A program made the translations under genes and the position numbers. A stretch of DNA of 64,000 nt, taken from NCBI RefSeq assembly GCF_039654945.1, contig NW_027361730.1, positions 1,860,001 through 1,924,000 on the forward strand. Reading direction: 5' to 3'. The notes beneath the pieces were generated by a model, which saw only the letters and a list, made by a program, of their open reading frames with translations, was not told where the DNA came from and searched no databases. Of the stretch, positions 11,822 through 24,800 are shown piece by piece; the first letter of the stretch is position 1, and each line of letters opens with the position of its first letter. The stretch comes from Dendrobates tinctorius. Its lineage: Eukaryota.

Positions 11822-12298
11822 GGCTGGTTTCACATTAGCGCATTTTCAGCTCCGCCCCCGAGCCGGCTCTCTGCCCGGCGTGCCCGCCCCTTGCTTGTAG
11901 CGCCGCCTACTAGCGGACAGCGGCACCTGCGATCGGCGCACCCTATCTTTAGCATAGGGTGCGCAGATCGTGCGCAGGCCGTGCGCTAGTTGCGCTTTGA
12001 CCTGCGCTGCGCACTTTTGACGGTGCGCCGTGCGCGCCAAAATCAAACTTTTCGGATTTTGGCGCGCACGGCGCACCGTCAAAAGTGCGCAGCCCAGGTC
12101 AAAGCGCAACTAGCGCACGGCCTGCGCACGATCTGCGCACCCTATGCTAAAGATAGGGTGCGCCGATCGCAGGCGCCGCTGTCCGCTAGTAGGCGGCGCT
12201 ACAAGCAAGGGGCGGGCACGCCGGGCAGAGAGCCGGCTCGGGGGCGGAGCTACCCCCGGCCGTGCGCGCGCTGAAAATGCGCTAATGTGAAACCAGCC
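11822..12298. mobile_element. Harbinger-like palindromic MITE
   Basis: TIR GGCTGGTTTCACATTAGCGC, TAA TSD (11819-11821, 12299-12301); mirror-image ORFs on both strands. Confidence 0.88.
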
Positions 12299-12924
12299 TA
12301 AGAGTGCTTTCACATTGCGTTCTGTGTCCCTGGCCGGGAATACGTCCGAAAATCCCCATCCAAACGGAGCCAATAGACTGTAATGGTGACGGAAGAGGGA
12401 AAGTGCACTTTGCCGTGCATCATTTTTGGGAGTGTACGCCAGTAGAAGGTAGACACAAAGACGTGGTAGACTATGTCTGAGTTTCTGTCACCTATAGGTA
12501 CACGTTCCCGAAAAAAGTGCAAGGCAAAGCTCAAGTTTGCTGTGCCATCACTATTACTGTCTATTGGCCTCATCAGTGCATGTGTTCGGATGCCGTTTTG
12601 ATTTTTTTTCTCGTGTGCAAAAAATAGAATGACTTTCATCAGTGCTTTAGTTAAAATTTTCATGGGAGATTTTACCATCAGAGTCTCAGCAGTTTTTCTC
12701 GCATGCAAACTCTCCCGTCCCCAAAAACTAGAGGTTTCTCTGGTTTCTTCTATTAGAAAGTCAGGAGAAAATGAACAGTGCATGGATGGCACCCAAGCGC
12801 TGTCCAATTTTTTTTGAAGGATTCATACACTTGCATTGGAGAGTTTGATACGGGTCTTGAATCAAAATCATTTAGGTCTCTGTATTTTGGTGTGGACTGC
12901 CCCATTACTAACAACATAAATCCC

Positions 12925-13220
12925 CCTTTATATTCAAGATGGAGCTTTTGCTGTCTTAAATGTTTTTTATGCCCTTCAGCCAAATGGGATATTCAAAATC
13001 CTGGTTTCCTTAAATGCTTCCTATTCTTCCCTCTTTTCGGAATTGTTTGTGATTGTGCTTTGAGAATTTCATTTTTCAAGATTTCCCATCCTTCCTGGAC
13101 ATTTTTGTCTTTAAGGATATCCAGCCATTGGATCCCTCCAATTCTCTTTCTGAATCCCTTAAAATCTGCCTTTCTGAAATCTAACCTTGACGTCTGAGTC
13201 TTCACAGGTCTTCCTGGGTA
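12925..13220 (-). mobile_element. CR1 LINE ORF2 fragment
   Basis: KTQTSRLDFRKADF...VQEGWEILKNEILKAQSQTIPKR; homologous to the CR1 start at about 31150. Confidence 0.8.
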
Positions 13221-14218
13221 TGTTCAGAAAGAGTTTATTAATGTAAATATTGAAGCAGATCAAAAAACTCCTTGTGAACATGCCATTAAGGTTTTAAAGA
13301 GGTTGTCTGATAGTGACATTTTTTTTTAAGGCATAGATGGTTTTAAATTAATACATGGAGGCAAACTCACCTTTCAGTGTGCAGCTGCTGCACAGTGTTC
13401 TACTCTGCTCGAATGTCAGAGAATCACTGCAGCCTGTGATTGGCAGCAGCGGTCAGGTGACGAGAGGAGTGCATCATCAGAGGTCTTAGGGTGTGTGCAC
13501 ACGCTGCGGTTTTTTGCTGCAGAAAAATCTGCATCGCTTGGCAGAAACCGCATGCAGTTTTCCCTGCGGATTCCTATACTTTGTCCAGCGGAATTGATGG
13601 AGATTTCATTGCGGTTTGGGCTGTGCGGATTGTGGAAGGAGAGAGAGACAGAGAGAGAGAGAGGTTTGTATGTTCGTTCTTGTCACTAGGAGTATGCCTC
13701 TGTTTATTGTTTTAAAACCATCCATGCTTATAAAAAATAAATTTCACTATTGTGCACCTCCTTTAGGTGTTTTGTCTGTGATTTCATGAATACATTATTG
13801 TGGGCAGTGAATTAATCTCTGTATTGTTCAGCCGTTCAACAGTGAATGTATTCAGGAATAAATATAAGGCCTCTTTCACACATCTGTATTTTTGATCAGT
13901 ATTTCATCAGTATTTGTATGCCAAAACCAGGAGTGTCTCCAAAACAAAGAACAGACATCAGTCTTTCAATTATATTTTTTTCTTGGTAAGTTCCATTCCT
14001 GGCTTTGGCATACAAACACTGATACAAAATACTGACCAAATACTGATGTGTGAATGAGCCTTAGCACAGCTTACAACTGTATTTCTTATAGCTGGTGATC
14101 TTAGCATCTGGTCTGTCAGCTTGCAAAGTGAAAGTAAAATCTGCTCCAGCCACACACACAGTCAACAGGAACTTCCAGTTTTTTGTTTTTTTTAAACAGG
14201 GTTTTTCTGTCAATATAA

Positions 14219-14578
14219 AGGCCCCTTTACATTTAGCAATGCTCCAGCGATCCCGACCACGATACGACCCGGTCAGGATCGCTAAATGGTCACTAGTGAG
14301 CTGCCAAACAGGCAGACTCACCAGCGATGTAGCGACGCAGCAGCGGTCGTTACTTACCATTCAGACGCGGCGATCCTGATGTCCTCGCGTCGCTCGTCGG
14401 CGCCAGCAGGAAGCGTCCGAAGAGAAATGGAGCTGCGCGATCAACGACAGACAGCGGGGGAGCCGGTCGGAGGTAAGTATCACACATAGCGATATCGCTA
14501 GCAATATCGCTGCTGCGTCACCAAATCGGTGACGCTTTAGCGATATTACTAGCGATATCACTATGTGTAAAGCCTCCT
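14219..14578. mobile_element. Harbinger-like MITE (AGCGAT-rich family; other copies at 34242, 50651, 54903)
   Basis: AGG..CCT ends, TAA TSD, shared internal sequence with the other copies. Confidence 0.8.
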
Positions 14579-14975
14579 TAACACTATTACTGGAGACAGA
14601 AACTCATACACTATTAATCAGTGGTAAATAGTAGTTGTTGCAACATATACAATGATAAGCATTATTCCAACAATTTCGTTAGGGAATTACCGTACTGCAA
14701 TTTAAATTGTTATTCCACTTTAGATGACTGTCAGGGTGGTAAGTCCCAATCCCAAACACACAATGTAGTCACTGCCCGCCAGCCATACATATGTCACAAG
14801 TACAAGCTTAGAATTTCCAGAATCGGGCAGCAAGATAAAACTATTAAAAAGTTAGGATAGTTAACAATACAAAACAGTTCAAAACGCACATGATTTAAAA
14901 TGCCCATGACAATTAATTTTCATTTCCGCTTGTCAATTGTGGGTAAATATGTTTTGTATATAGGTAATAATGTAC

Positions 14976-15430
14976 GGCTGGTTTCACACTTGCGTTTTTT
15001 AGCGCTGCGCCTCGTGCGCATGCGCATTGCTCCCCTATCTTTAACATGGCGGGCGCATGGTATAGCGCTTGTATGCGTTCATGTGTGTTTTCGTGCTCTG
15101 CGTTTTTTCCAGATGTGCGCCCAAGCACGCCAGATGCAACATGTTGCATTTTTCTGTGCGCCCAACTGCTGCCAAAAAATGCATGCACACGTTAGCGCAC
15201 GGAATGCTCAAAAAAACATTACAGTCTATGAGATCACACACGTGCTCTAGGACATGCGCAAGCATGCGTTTAAAATCTCATGCGTTTTTAAAGTTAACAT
15301 GGCGACAAACTGGTTAACTCGCATGCGCAAAAAAACAGCAAACGCATGCAAAACGCTTGATGCGTTTTTTGCATCCGTTTGGAATGCGCACGAGGCGCAG
15401 CGCAAAAAAAACGCTAGTGTGAAAGTAGCC
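14976..15430. mobile_element. Harbinger-like MITE
   Basis: GGCTGGTTTCACACTTGCG ... CGCTAGTGTGAAAGTAGCC-TAA. Confidence 0.75.
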
Positions 15431-15581
15431 TAAGAGTGTATCAAATAAGATATATAGTATAAAATGCACATAAATAAATGCATATAAATATGTTTGTTAG
15501 ACTGATGTACAATATTAGAAAAGACATGCGGTTATATTGAAAGATAAGGCAAGTGTAAAGAAAACTATTTATTGTTGCTTA

Positions 15582-17420
15582 AGGCTGTGTGAACACGTTG
15601 TGGATTTGTTGCGTTTCCACAGCGTTTTTTCCACGTGGAAATGCTCCAAAAACGCAAGTGCTTACTTAAGCAATGTTAATCAATGGCATTCATGAATTGG
15701 TGTTCACATGCTGCAGAAACTTCCGTCCTTATTTGCAGCATTTTATTTTCCGCAACATGTCATTTCTTTTTGCTGATCTGCAGCGTTTCTGCACCCATTG
15801 ACTTCCATTGAGTCGGTCAAATCTGCAGCAAAACCGCAGGTGTAAAAAGGTTTGCGGATTTGCTGCGGATGTGCTGCCAAAACCGCTGCAGAAAAGGAAA
15901 TGATGTCAGTAGGCGGAAGAATGTGTGGACGGAGAATATGTGAATGTCTGTCTATGGGTGTATGCAGGTGTCTGCGTGTGTCTGTGTGTGGGTGTCTGCG
16001 GCTGTGAGCAGTAACGCTACCACCGGTACTGTCGGTCATAGCGCTGCGGGATTATGCTGTCACATGTCAGCGTGACCCCGCAGCTGTGACTGTCACCCGC
16101 GGTAATGCTACCACCGGTAATGTCGCTGATGGGAGAGTAGTATCATCTGCCGGCACCTGTGCTCACAGTTATAAAAAAAAAAAACTAAAATTACATACTC
16201 ACATAAAAATAAAAACCATTTAATACCCACCTCACACCAAATCCTCGACGACCTCATCTCCTAGAAATAATGTAAAATAATAAACCAACATATAATCCCT
16301 GTCCGCCGTAGTCCAGGTAATCCAGATTGGCCCACGGCGATCTCACGTGTAGAACAGTCACATCGGGAGATGTGACTGCTCTAGCCAGCCTCCGGCGATA
16401 CACTGACAGGATGTAATCCCTCTAGTAGTGTATCACTGCACTACCATGAGAGTTCACCGGAGTACATCAGCTTACGGCACCGCTGCTTGGGAAAGTTCTC
16501 ATACAGAGGTAGTGCCGTAAGTGAGAGCACCGGAGCTGATGAATTCCAGTGAACTCTCACAGCAGTGCAGTGATACACTACTGGAGGGATTACCTCCTTT
16601 CAGTGTATCGCCAGAGGCCAGGTAGAGCAGTCACATCTCCCGATGTGACTGTTCTGCACGTGAGATCGCCGTGGGACACTCGGAAAATGGACTACGTCAG
16701 ACAGGGAGTATTATATGTTGGTTTATTATTTTATTTTTGTTACAGAAGATGATGGAGTAAGGGATTAGGCATTCAGTAAGTATGGTAAATTAAGATTCAA
16801 TAAAGGAGTCTGTGTGATTATTTCAAATAAAGGACTATTCTGGCTGTGTGTTTATTTACCATATAACTATAGGATTAGTAATGGATAGATGTCTTATAGA
16901 CGCCTCTCCATTACTAAGCCGCGGGCTTGGTGTCACCTGACAGTACAAAGGTAACATCAACCCCACAAATATGAACTCCACTTGCCACAGCTACAGGGCA
17001 AGTGGGAGAGTGAGGCTAGGTGCCAGAAATAGCGAATCTATAAGATGCGCCATTTCTGGTGCGGCTGAGAGCTGATGTTTTTAGACTGGGGGGTGCCAAT
17101 ATCCATGGCCCCTTCCCAGGCTATTAATATCAGCCTGCAGCTGTCTGCCTAGCCTTTGCTGTTTCGATTTTATAGGGGGACCCATGTCAATTTTTTTCTG
17201 GGATTCCTCTGTAAACTAGCCAGTAAAGGCTAAGCAAACATCAGCCCTCAGCTTTCCCTCTGCTGGTTATGAAAAAAAAAATATTTTGAAAAATAAGCAG
17301 AAATTGCGTTTCACGCAGATTTCGCATGTGTGTGTGTATGTGTCTTTAACTCTTTATGTACCGTTTTATTAATGAGGGTATGTGGCTGACACCTGCTCAT
17401 TACTAAACCTCGGGCTTGGT
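15582..17420. mobile_element. Long non-autonomous Harbinger-like element remnant with internal inverted repeats
   Basis: TAA-GGCTGTGTGAACAC start; internal palindrome at about 16290-16720; interior similar to 19990-20850 in the opposite orientation; right boundary approximate. Confidence 0.55.
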
Positions 17421-19988
17421 ATTACACAGGTTTCGAACAACAGGTAATCTACTACTTGTTACTCATGTGAACACAATATTTTTTGCTCTGTTTTGGACTT
17501 GTTTTTAACAATAAATTGGACTTGAATTTGCAAAGCTGACCTTTTTTCTTTTTCCTTGGTTACTGCGTGAAGACTGCACGTGATCCGGGCTATCCACTAC
17601 ACATGACTTCAGGTGAGCTGGCTTCTTTTTCTCTTTTTGGATGTTTTACACACACCAATAGACTTGAATGGGTGTTCGATATCTGATCTGCGGACCCACT
17701 CACAGCATGCTGCAATTTTTTTCATCAGACCGATTTGGTCTGTAGAAAAAAAATGTAGATCTGTACTGCCACACAGTAAAACATTGCTCCAAGTGCTATC
17801 TGATCATGTGAGCGAGTCCCTAGAGTTTGCTTACACTCAGTATTTTAGCAAGGATTTTAAAAATAGAAATCACAAAGCGCTTCAAATACTTGTTGACTAC
17901 ACTTAATATTGACTTCCATGGAAAACCCACCTTATTGTTCATACAGTCAATTTTTCCAACAAGGTTTTTTTTAATTTTTTTATTTAGAATGTGACATGTC
18001 ATTTTTTTATGTCGATTCCTTGTGGAATCCACACCAAACTTGACACTATCAAGTGAAAAGTCTGCAAAAGACCACATCGAGAAAAGTGCATCAAAAATGA
18101 TGTCAAAACTGATTGAAAGATCGCTTAAAAAATTGCATCAGATTTGAAAAATTCTGCAGCCCCATCTCAAATGGAACGGGTGTGCTGGCTCGACTTCCGC
18201 TCCATTCATTGTCTAGGGGACTGGCAAAATTGGTGGAAAATTGTACACGCCTTTCTTGTTCAGTCCCATAGATAATTAGTGGACTGGAAGTCGAGTAAGC
18301 GAACCTATGAATTTTGGGAATAACCTTTTATTTATTTTGCAACTTGTGAACACAAATAACGATTGCTTTTACGTGGCCTGATGATCAATCCAAACTAAAG
18401 ACCCTGAGCAGTCAGTTTTAGTAAACTATAGGGATAATCCATTCACACTTCTTACTACACATTTTACAATATCTTGTATAAATTTTTTCTACAGATTTTA
18501 AACAGCTCATCATAATTCTTCATTGGGGACCTACAGAAATCCACAGCTTTACCGGCATGTATAAAGGAAACAGGAATCAGTTTCAAGACCTTTAGTAAGT
18601 ACTAACCTTCCCAGAAGAGACAGTACTCACGTACCCTGAGCATCATTGACCTGTACAGTGAGAGTTATTAAATGTTTTATATATTAAACGCTATGTAACA
18701 GATCTGATGACGGCTCGTTCACATGATTGTATTTTCGGTCCAAGTGTTGAATGTTATTCAATGGGGCAGTGTAGATGAGTGGTTTTATTTCACTGTCTGA
18801 ATCTACGTGTGAAAAGAATCGCAGCATGCACTCATTTATTTTCTGTAAATCGGATGAGACTCACTCATTCAAGTCTATGGGTGCGCAAAAAAATCAGATG
18901 CCATACGGAGCCACAGTATAGCATCCGATTTTTACAGATACATTGCAATAAAGTATCATAAGAAACAGTAAATGTTCTTGTAAATGATGAATAACTGCTG
19001 CAATAAAAAAAACTGATTGTACAGTATATGGGCTGCACATGGAAGAAAAGTTAGAAAAAAATTGTCCAACTTTGCTTTTTGAAACTCTGACGATTGCTTA
19101 TACACTTATGTGAACCTGGCCTTATGGTGATAATACTAGTATAACTGTAATAACTTAGTATAGTATATAATATCATATAGGGCTATTCAAACTGTGTATT
19201 TTCCTTTGTTTTTAGACATTTTTTTCTATCCTCATCATGGATTCACAGAGCGCCAGTGAGAGACTAGTTACAACAAAACTTGCATCAAAGGTGAGCAAAT
19301 ATGAGGCACTGTGAAATACCGCAGAGTGTCAAACTCAAATACACAGTGGGCCAAAATCAAAAACTTGGCCAAAGTCGTGGGCCAACGTTGATATGTTGAT
19401 ATTTCTAAATTAAATGCAACAGAAAAAAAATTAAGGGGGGGGGGGATAATGGGTTTGGGAAATCTGTCTAGGATAGGGAGAGCCCCAATACTGCGGAATA
19501 AATTAGGGTTGTGAGGATGGGCAGATAGCAGTATACAGGGAAATGCAAAGGGTGTGGTGACTCTCAATTAGGAAATATAGGGAAGTACAGAACATCAGAA
19601 ATACATAAACAGCACTGAAAAAATAATATTCTCTGAGTCAGAATGGTAGGTAGTGAAGAAAAAGAGTAAGAACTCAATACATAGGGAAATAATAACAATG
19701 TACAAAAAACCAAAATGGAGAATACATGATAAAATAAAGTAATAAGATAAATCATGGCATGAGCGCACCAGCTCCATGGCATACCTGCGACCAGCTTACG
19801 GAGGACATAGAGGATAGTAGGTACTATGGGTGCTGAGATGTATGGGAGAGCACAAGGGAAGTGCACGCTGATGTAGGGAGGAGAGAACTTGCGTGTCATA
19901 GCTGGGGAGCAGGTTACTACGCAGCAAGTTGAAAATGACCTTGTAGTAACCAGGGAGCGGGACCAGAAATGTGGGATTTGTAGTATTA

Positions 19989-20287
19989 GGCCAGAGTCAC
20001 ACTACCGTAGAATATGGACGAGTGCTATGCGAAAAAAAATTGCATAGCACTCGGACCAGTGTTAATTTATGGGGCAGCTCCCGTCATCCGTTTTTTTCTC
20101 GCCCCTATTATACGTGCGATAGAAATCGCAGCATGCTGCGATTTTCACCGTATTACGGCCGAGATTCGCAAATGCAAGTCTATGGGTGCGAGAAAAAAAA
20201 CGGATTACACACTGATACTGTAAAATCACACTGACAGCTTACAATAGAATATTTAGAATACATGTATACACATAGTATAGGTATATG

Positions 20288-20343
<56 letters not shown>

Positions 20344-20850
20344 TAGAGCTATAGATAGCAGAATAGGTGATAATTCAATTGTCAGCTTCTGTAAAATCAT
20401 TTCAGAACCCGACAGAATATAAGACATGATTTACATATAGTAAACCATTGCATATTCGTTAGCTTTATACTGTATATGTCCGTCACTAATAATGTTAGTA
20501 GTGTAAGTGTTTAAAAAATTGGAGCTGTAGGTGTTAAATTAAAGAATTAAATCACGGAAAAAACTGGTGGGGGCTCCCGCACAATTTTCTCCGCCGGAGA
20601 GGGAAAGCCATTGAGTGAGGGAAGATATTAATAGCCTACAGAGGGACCATGGTTATCGCCCCCCCCCCCCCCCCCCCCCGGCTAAAAACATCTGCCCCCA
20701 GCCACCCCAGAAAAGAGGCATCTGTAAGATGCACCAATTACAGCGCTTATCCACTCTCTTCCCATTGCTCTGTAGCAGTGGCTTATGGGGTTATAAGGGG
20801 TTAATGTCATCTTGCTATTGTAAGGTGACATTAAGCCTGGTTAATTATTT
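19989..20850. mobile_element. Non-autonomous Harbinger-like element remnant containing (TA)n at 20295-20334
   Basis: TTA-GGCCAGAGTCACAC start; interior shared with about 16900-17250 (reverse). Confidence 0.5.
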
Positions 20851-21846
20851 TGCCTTAATTATTGTATTGTTAACGTTGTTACTTATTACTTGTGTTTCGA
20901 AGCTGTTAAACTGTAAGGCGCTGTGGAATATGTTGGCGCTGTCACGCCGCGCTCACCTGGGGGCGGGACCTCTGTCCCGACGTCATCTCTCCCGGAGCTG
21001 CTGCCACTCCAGGAGTCCCACCGGGTGCGCAAGCGCACCTCTCGTACTTAGGTTCATGTTTTCTCCATGTTCTGTGTGCGCACGCTCGCTCTTCTCAGCT
21101 CTGTCTCCAGGTCCGTCCTCTCTATGGTATTGGAGGACTTGACCCGGAAGCCCTAGTGATCATGTGCTATATCAGGCTACCTCTTCCTATGGGAGGTGCC
21201 TGATTATTGTTGTACTTCCTGGCTTGGTCTGCCGTGTTCCTGCCTGGCTGTGAGCTGTATTCGGGTCATCTGCCTTGTACTCTATTGTGCCTCTTGGCAC
21301 ACGCTGTGAACCTGTACTCTGCCTTGTACTCTGTTGTGCCTCCTGGCACAGGCTCTGATCCGGTACTCTGTCTTATGCTCAGTTGTGCCTCCTGGCACAC
21401 ACTCTGTTCCTGTACTCTGTTACACCTCCTGGCACACATGCTGCCTAACTCAGTACTCTGATGTGCTCCTTTGCACGCGTCCTGCTTTGCTCACACCCGG
21501 ACGTACTAGTCGCTGCACGCCATACATGCTCCCGTGTACCCGTCTTGCACTATCCTGTATCTAACGCACTCCCGTGTACACGCCTTGTGTTCCCAAGTAG
21601 GTCCTGTACCGTCCTGTACACCACATGTCCCTGTGTCTACGCTTTATACATTCCTGAAGACACACTCATTCGTGTGTCCTGTGAGCCGGCCACCTGGTGC
21701 CCGCAGTCGTGGTACCTTACCCCCTTGGGCTTGCCCCTGACACTCCCTGTATAGGGGGTGGTCCTCACTAGGTCAGCTCGCCCTGGGAGGGTTGGTGCCA
21801 CGACCCAGAGGGTCCACTCCAGGAGTCGTCACAGTATAATCAGGCC

Positions 21847-24800
21847 ATGGACCCCGCTGGTACTGCGGCTCCCGTCCAAAAGGAACTGGTGTTCCTCCGG
21901 GAAAACCAGACTAGGATTATGTCATTTCTTAAGTCCATGGAGACCTGTTTATCTGCCTTACAGTCCTCTGACCCTGGGAATACTTCCCAGTTGGCCAGCC
22001 TCCAGCAAGAACTCACACAGCAACGCGACACCCAGCCCCATATCCTCAACTATATGGCGTCGGTAGATAATCGGCTCCTTTCCATGCCTTCCGTTTTCGT
22101 ACCTTGTCCTCCGAAGTCGGTTGGAACAACGAGGCCCTCGTAGGGGTCTTTTGGCGTGGTCTGTCCGGTCGGATCAAAGATGAACTGGCAGGCAGGGATA
22201 CTCCCACCTCTTTAGAGGATCTGATCTCTCTGGCGACACGCATAGACCTGCGTTTCTAGGAGCGTGCCCGTGAATCAGTCAGAGAGAAGGCCTTCCCGCC
22301 TCCTGTCGACTAACCGCAGACCTCTCCACTCGCGCCCTGTGCCTTCTGCGGCCTCCGTTTCAGAGCCTACGGAGGTGGACCGTGGCAAGTCGGTCGAACA
22401 GCGTCGCGAGGAGAGGCTTACTCTTGGTCTCTGCCTTTACTGTGGGAGTTCCTCTCATCTCCTTCGTTCTTGTCCCAAGAAGCCGGAAAACTTCTCTGCC
22501 TAGGATTGTTGGGAGAGGCCTCCCTAGGTGTACGTGACTCCTCTCCCTCCCTGGTCGTGTCCCTGTTACTGAATCTTGGTACCAAGCGTTATTCAGAGGA
22601 GGCTTTTCTGGATTCTGGCGTGGATGGGAATTTTATCACACTCGAGGCGGTTAAAAAATACCGGATTCCTGTCAGATCCCTGGAGACTCCTCGGTCGATA
22701 GTTTCGATCAATGGTACATCCTTGCAGGAGATCGTTACCCAGGCCACCGAAGAGATCGAGCTGCAGGTCGGAGCCCTGCACCGGGAGAAGATCTCCTTCC
22801 ACGTCATGTCTACTATGTCTCACGCTCCTTCTAGGTCTCCCTTGGCTACGGACTCATGAGCCAACCATGGACTGGCAGTCGGGCGATATACTCCGCTGGG
22901 GACCGTTCTGTCAGGAGAAGTGCCTGTTGCCTGTCCATCCGATAAAATCTGCCTGTCCATCCTCGGCACCTACGGGATTGCCGTCGGCTTACTGGTCCTT
23001 TGCAGACGTCTTCGACAAGAAGGAGTCCGAGACTCTGCCCCTCCATCGGCCATACGACTGTCCGATTGATGTCGTTCTTGGTTCTATGCCATATATCCGC
23101 TATCCCCTGCTAAAACCCAAGCGATGTCTGAGTATATCCAGGAGAACCTTGCTAGAGCTTTTATCCGTAAGTCCTTCTCACCTGCAGTAGCGGGGTTTTT
23201 CTTTGTCAAAAAGAAGGACGGCTCCCTTCGTCCCTTCATAGACTACCGAGGGCTGAACAATATCACGGTCAAGAACAAGTACCCATTGCCATTGATCCCA
23301 GAGCTCTTTGACCGGCTTAGAGGAGCTCGAAGTTTCACCAAACTGGATCTTCGTGGGGCCTACCACTTGATCCGCATTCGTTCCGGTGATGAGTGGAAGA
23401 CCGCCTTTAACACCCGAGACGGTCACTACGAGTACTTGGTCATGCCCTTCGGCCTCTGCAATGCCCCAGCGGTGTTCCAGGAGTTCGTGAATGACGTCTT
23501 CCGGGATATGCTGTACTCCTGCGTGGTAGTCTATTTGGATGACATCCTCATTTTTTCTCCAGACCTCACCGCACACAGAAAGAACGAGCGTCAAGTCCTC
23601 CAGCGCCTGAGGGAGAACCGCCTTTATGCCAAGCTCGAGAAATGTGCCTTCGAGCAAACGTCACTGCCATTCTTGGGGTACATTATCTCAGACTCTGGTC
23701 TACGCATGGATCCGGCGAAGGTGTCCGCCTTCCTCGATTGGCCACGGCCCCATGGGGTGAAGGCAATCCAACGCTTCCTTGGTTTTGCGAACTACTACCG
23801 ACAGTTCGTTCCCCATTTCTCCTCGTTGGTTCGCCCCATCTCGTCCCTTATCCGCAAAGGAGCTAACCCAAAGGCTTGGCCCTCTGAGGTTGAAGAGGCC
23901 TTCCAGTCGTTGAAACAAGCCTTCGCCTCTGCTCCGGCGCTTCAACGACCTGAGGTTAGTAGACCTTTCACTCTTGAGGTGGACGCATCCTCTACGGGGC
24001 TGGGGCAGTCCTTCTGCAGAAACCTTCTTCTGGACGTTTTGTCACCTGTGGCTTCTTTTCTAAAGTATTTTCCTCCACTGAGCAGTACTCCATTGACGGC
24101 AAAGAGCTATTGGCCATTAAATTGGCCTTGGAGGTACTTACTGGAGGGTGCCATACATCCGTTCAAGATCTTCACGGACCATAAGAACCTGGCGTACATC
24201 CAGTCCGCACAGAGGATCAATCCTCGGCAAGCCAGGTGGTCCTTATTCTTCGCCCGCTTTGACTTTGAACTACATTTTCGGCCCGGCGATAAAAACGTTA
24301 GAGCGGATGCGTTGTCAAGATCATTCCTGTCATCAGATGCAGAAGAAGAACCCTCTCATATCATTGACCCGTCCAAAGTAATTACCATGGCTCCTATCAA
24401 GTTAACCACGTTACCTCCGGGAAGAACCTTTGTGGCTGAGAATAACCGAAAAACGAGTGTTAAACTGGGGACATTCATCCAAGATTGCCGGCCACGTTGG
24501 TGTCAAAAAGACTTTGGGCTTAATCTCTCGCTATTATTGGTGGTCTTCTCTCTCCCAGGACGTTAAAGACTTTGTAGCATCTTGCCCTTCCTGTGCCCAG
24601 AACAAGATACCCAGACAACCACCCTCCGGTCTTCTGCTCCCGCTTCCCGTTCCATCGGCTCCATGGCAGCACATAGCCATGGATTTCATTACTGATCTGC
24701 CTCGCTCTTCCGGTTCTACTGTGGTCTTAGTGGTTGTAGACTGATTCTCAAAGATGGCCCACTTCATTCCTCTTCCCGGACTACCCTCTGCTCCTGACTT

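Noticed and set aside
11019-12373. Arg/Ala-rich ORFs and a CpG-island-like composition
   Set aside because: They are explained by GC-rich palindromic MITEs with TIRs and TAA TSDs; the ORFs mirror each other on opposite strands.
19268-19975. Hydrophobic minus-strand ORFs as a membrane-protein gene
   Set aside because: Low-complexity T-rich translation with no splice structure or motif; probably an old retroelement tail that I could not assign.
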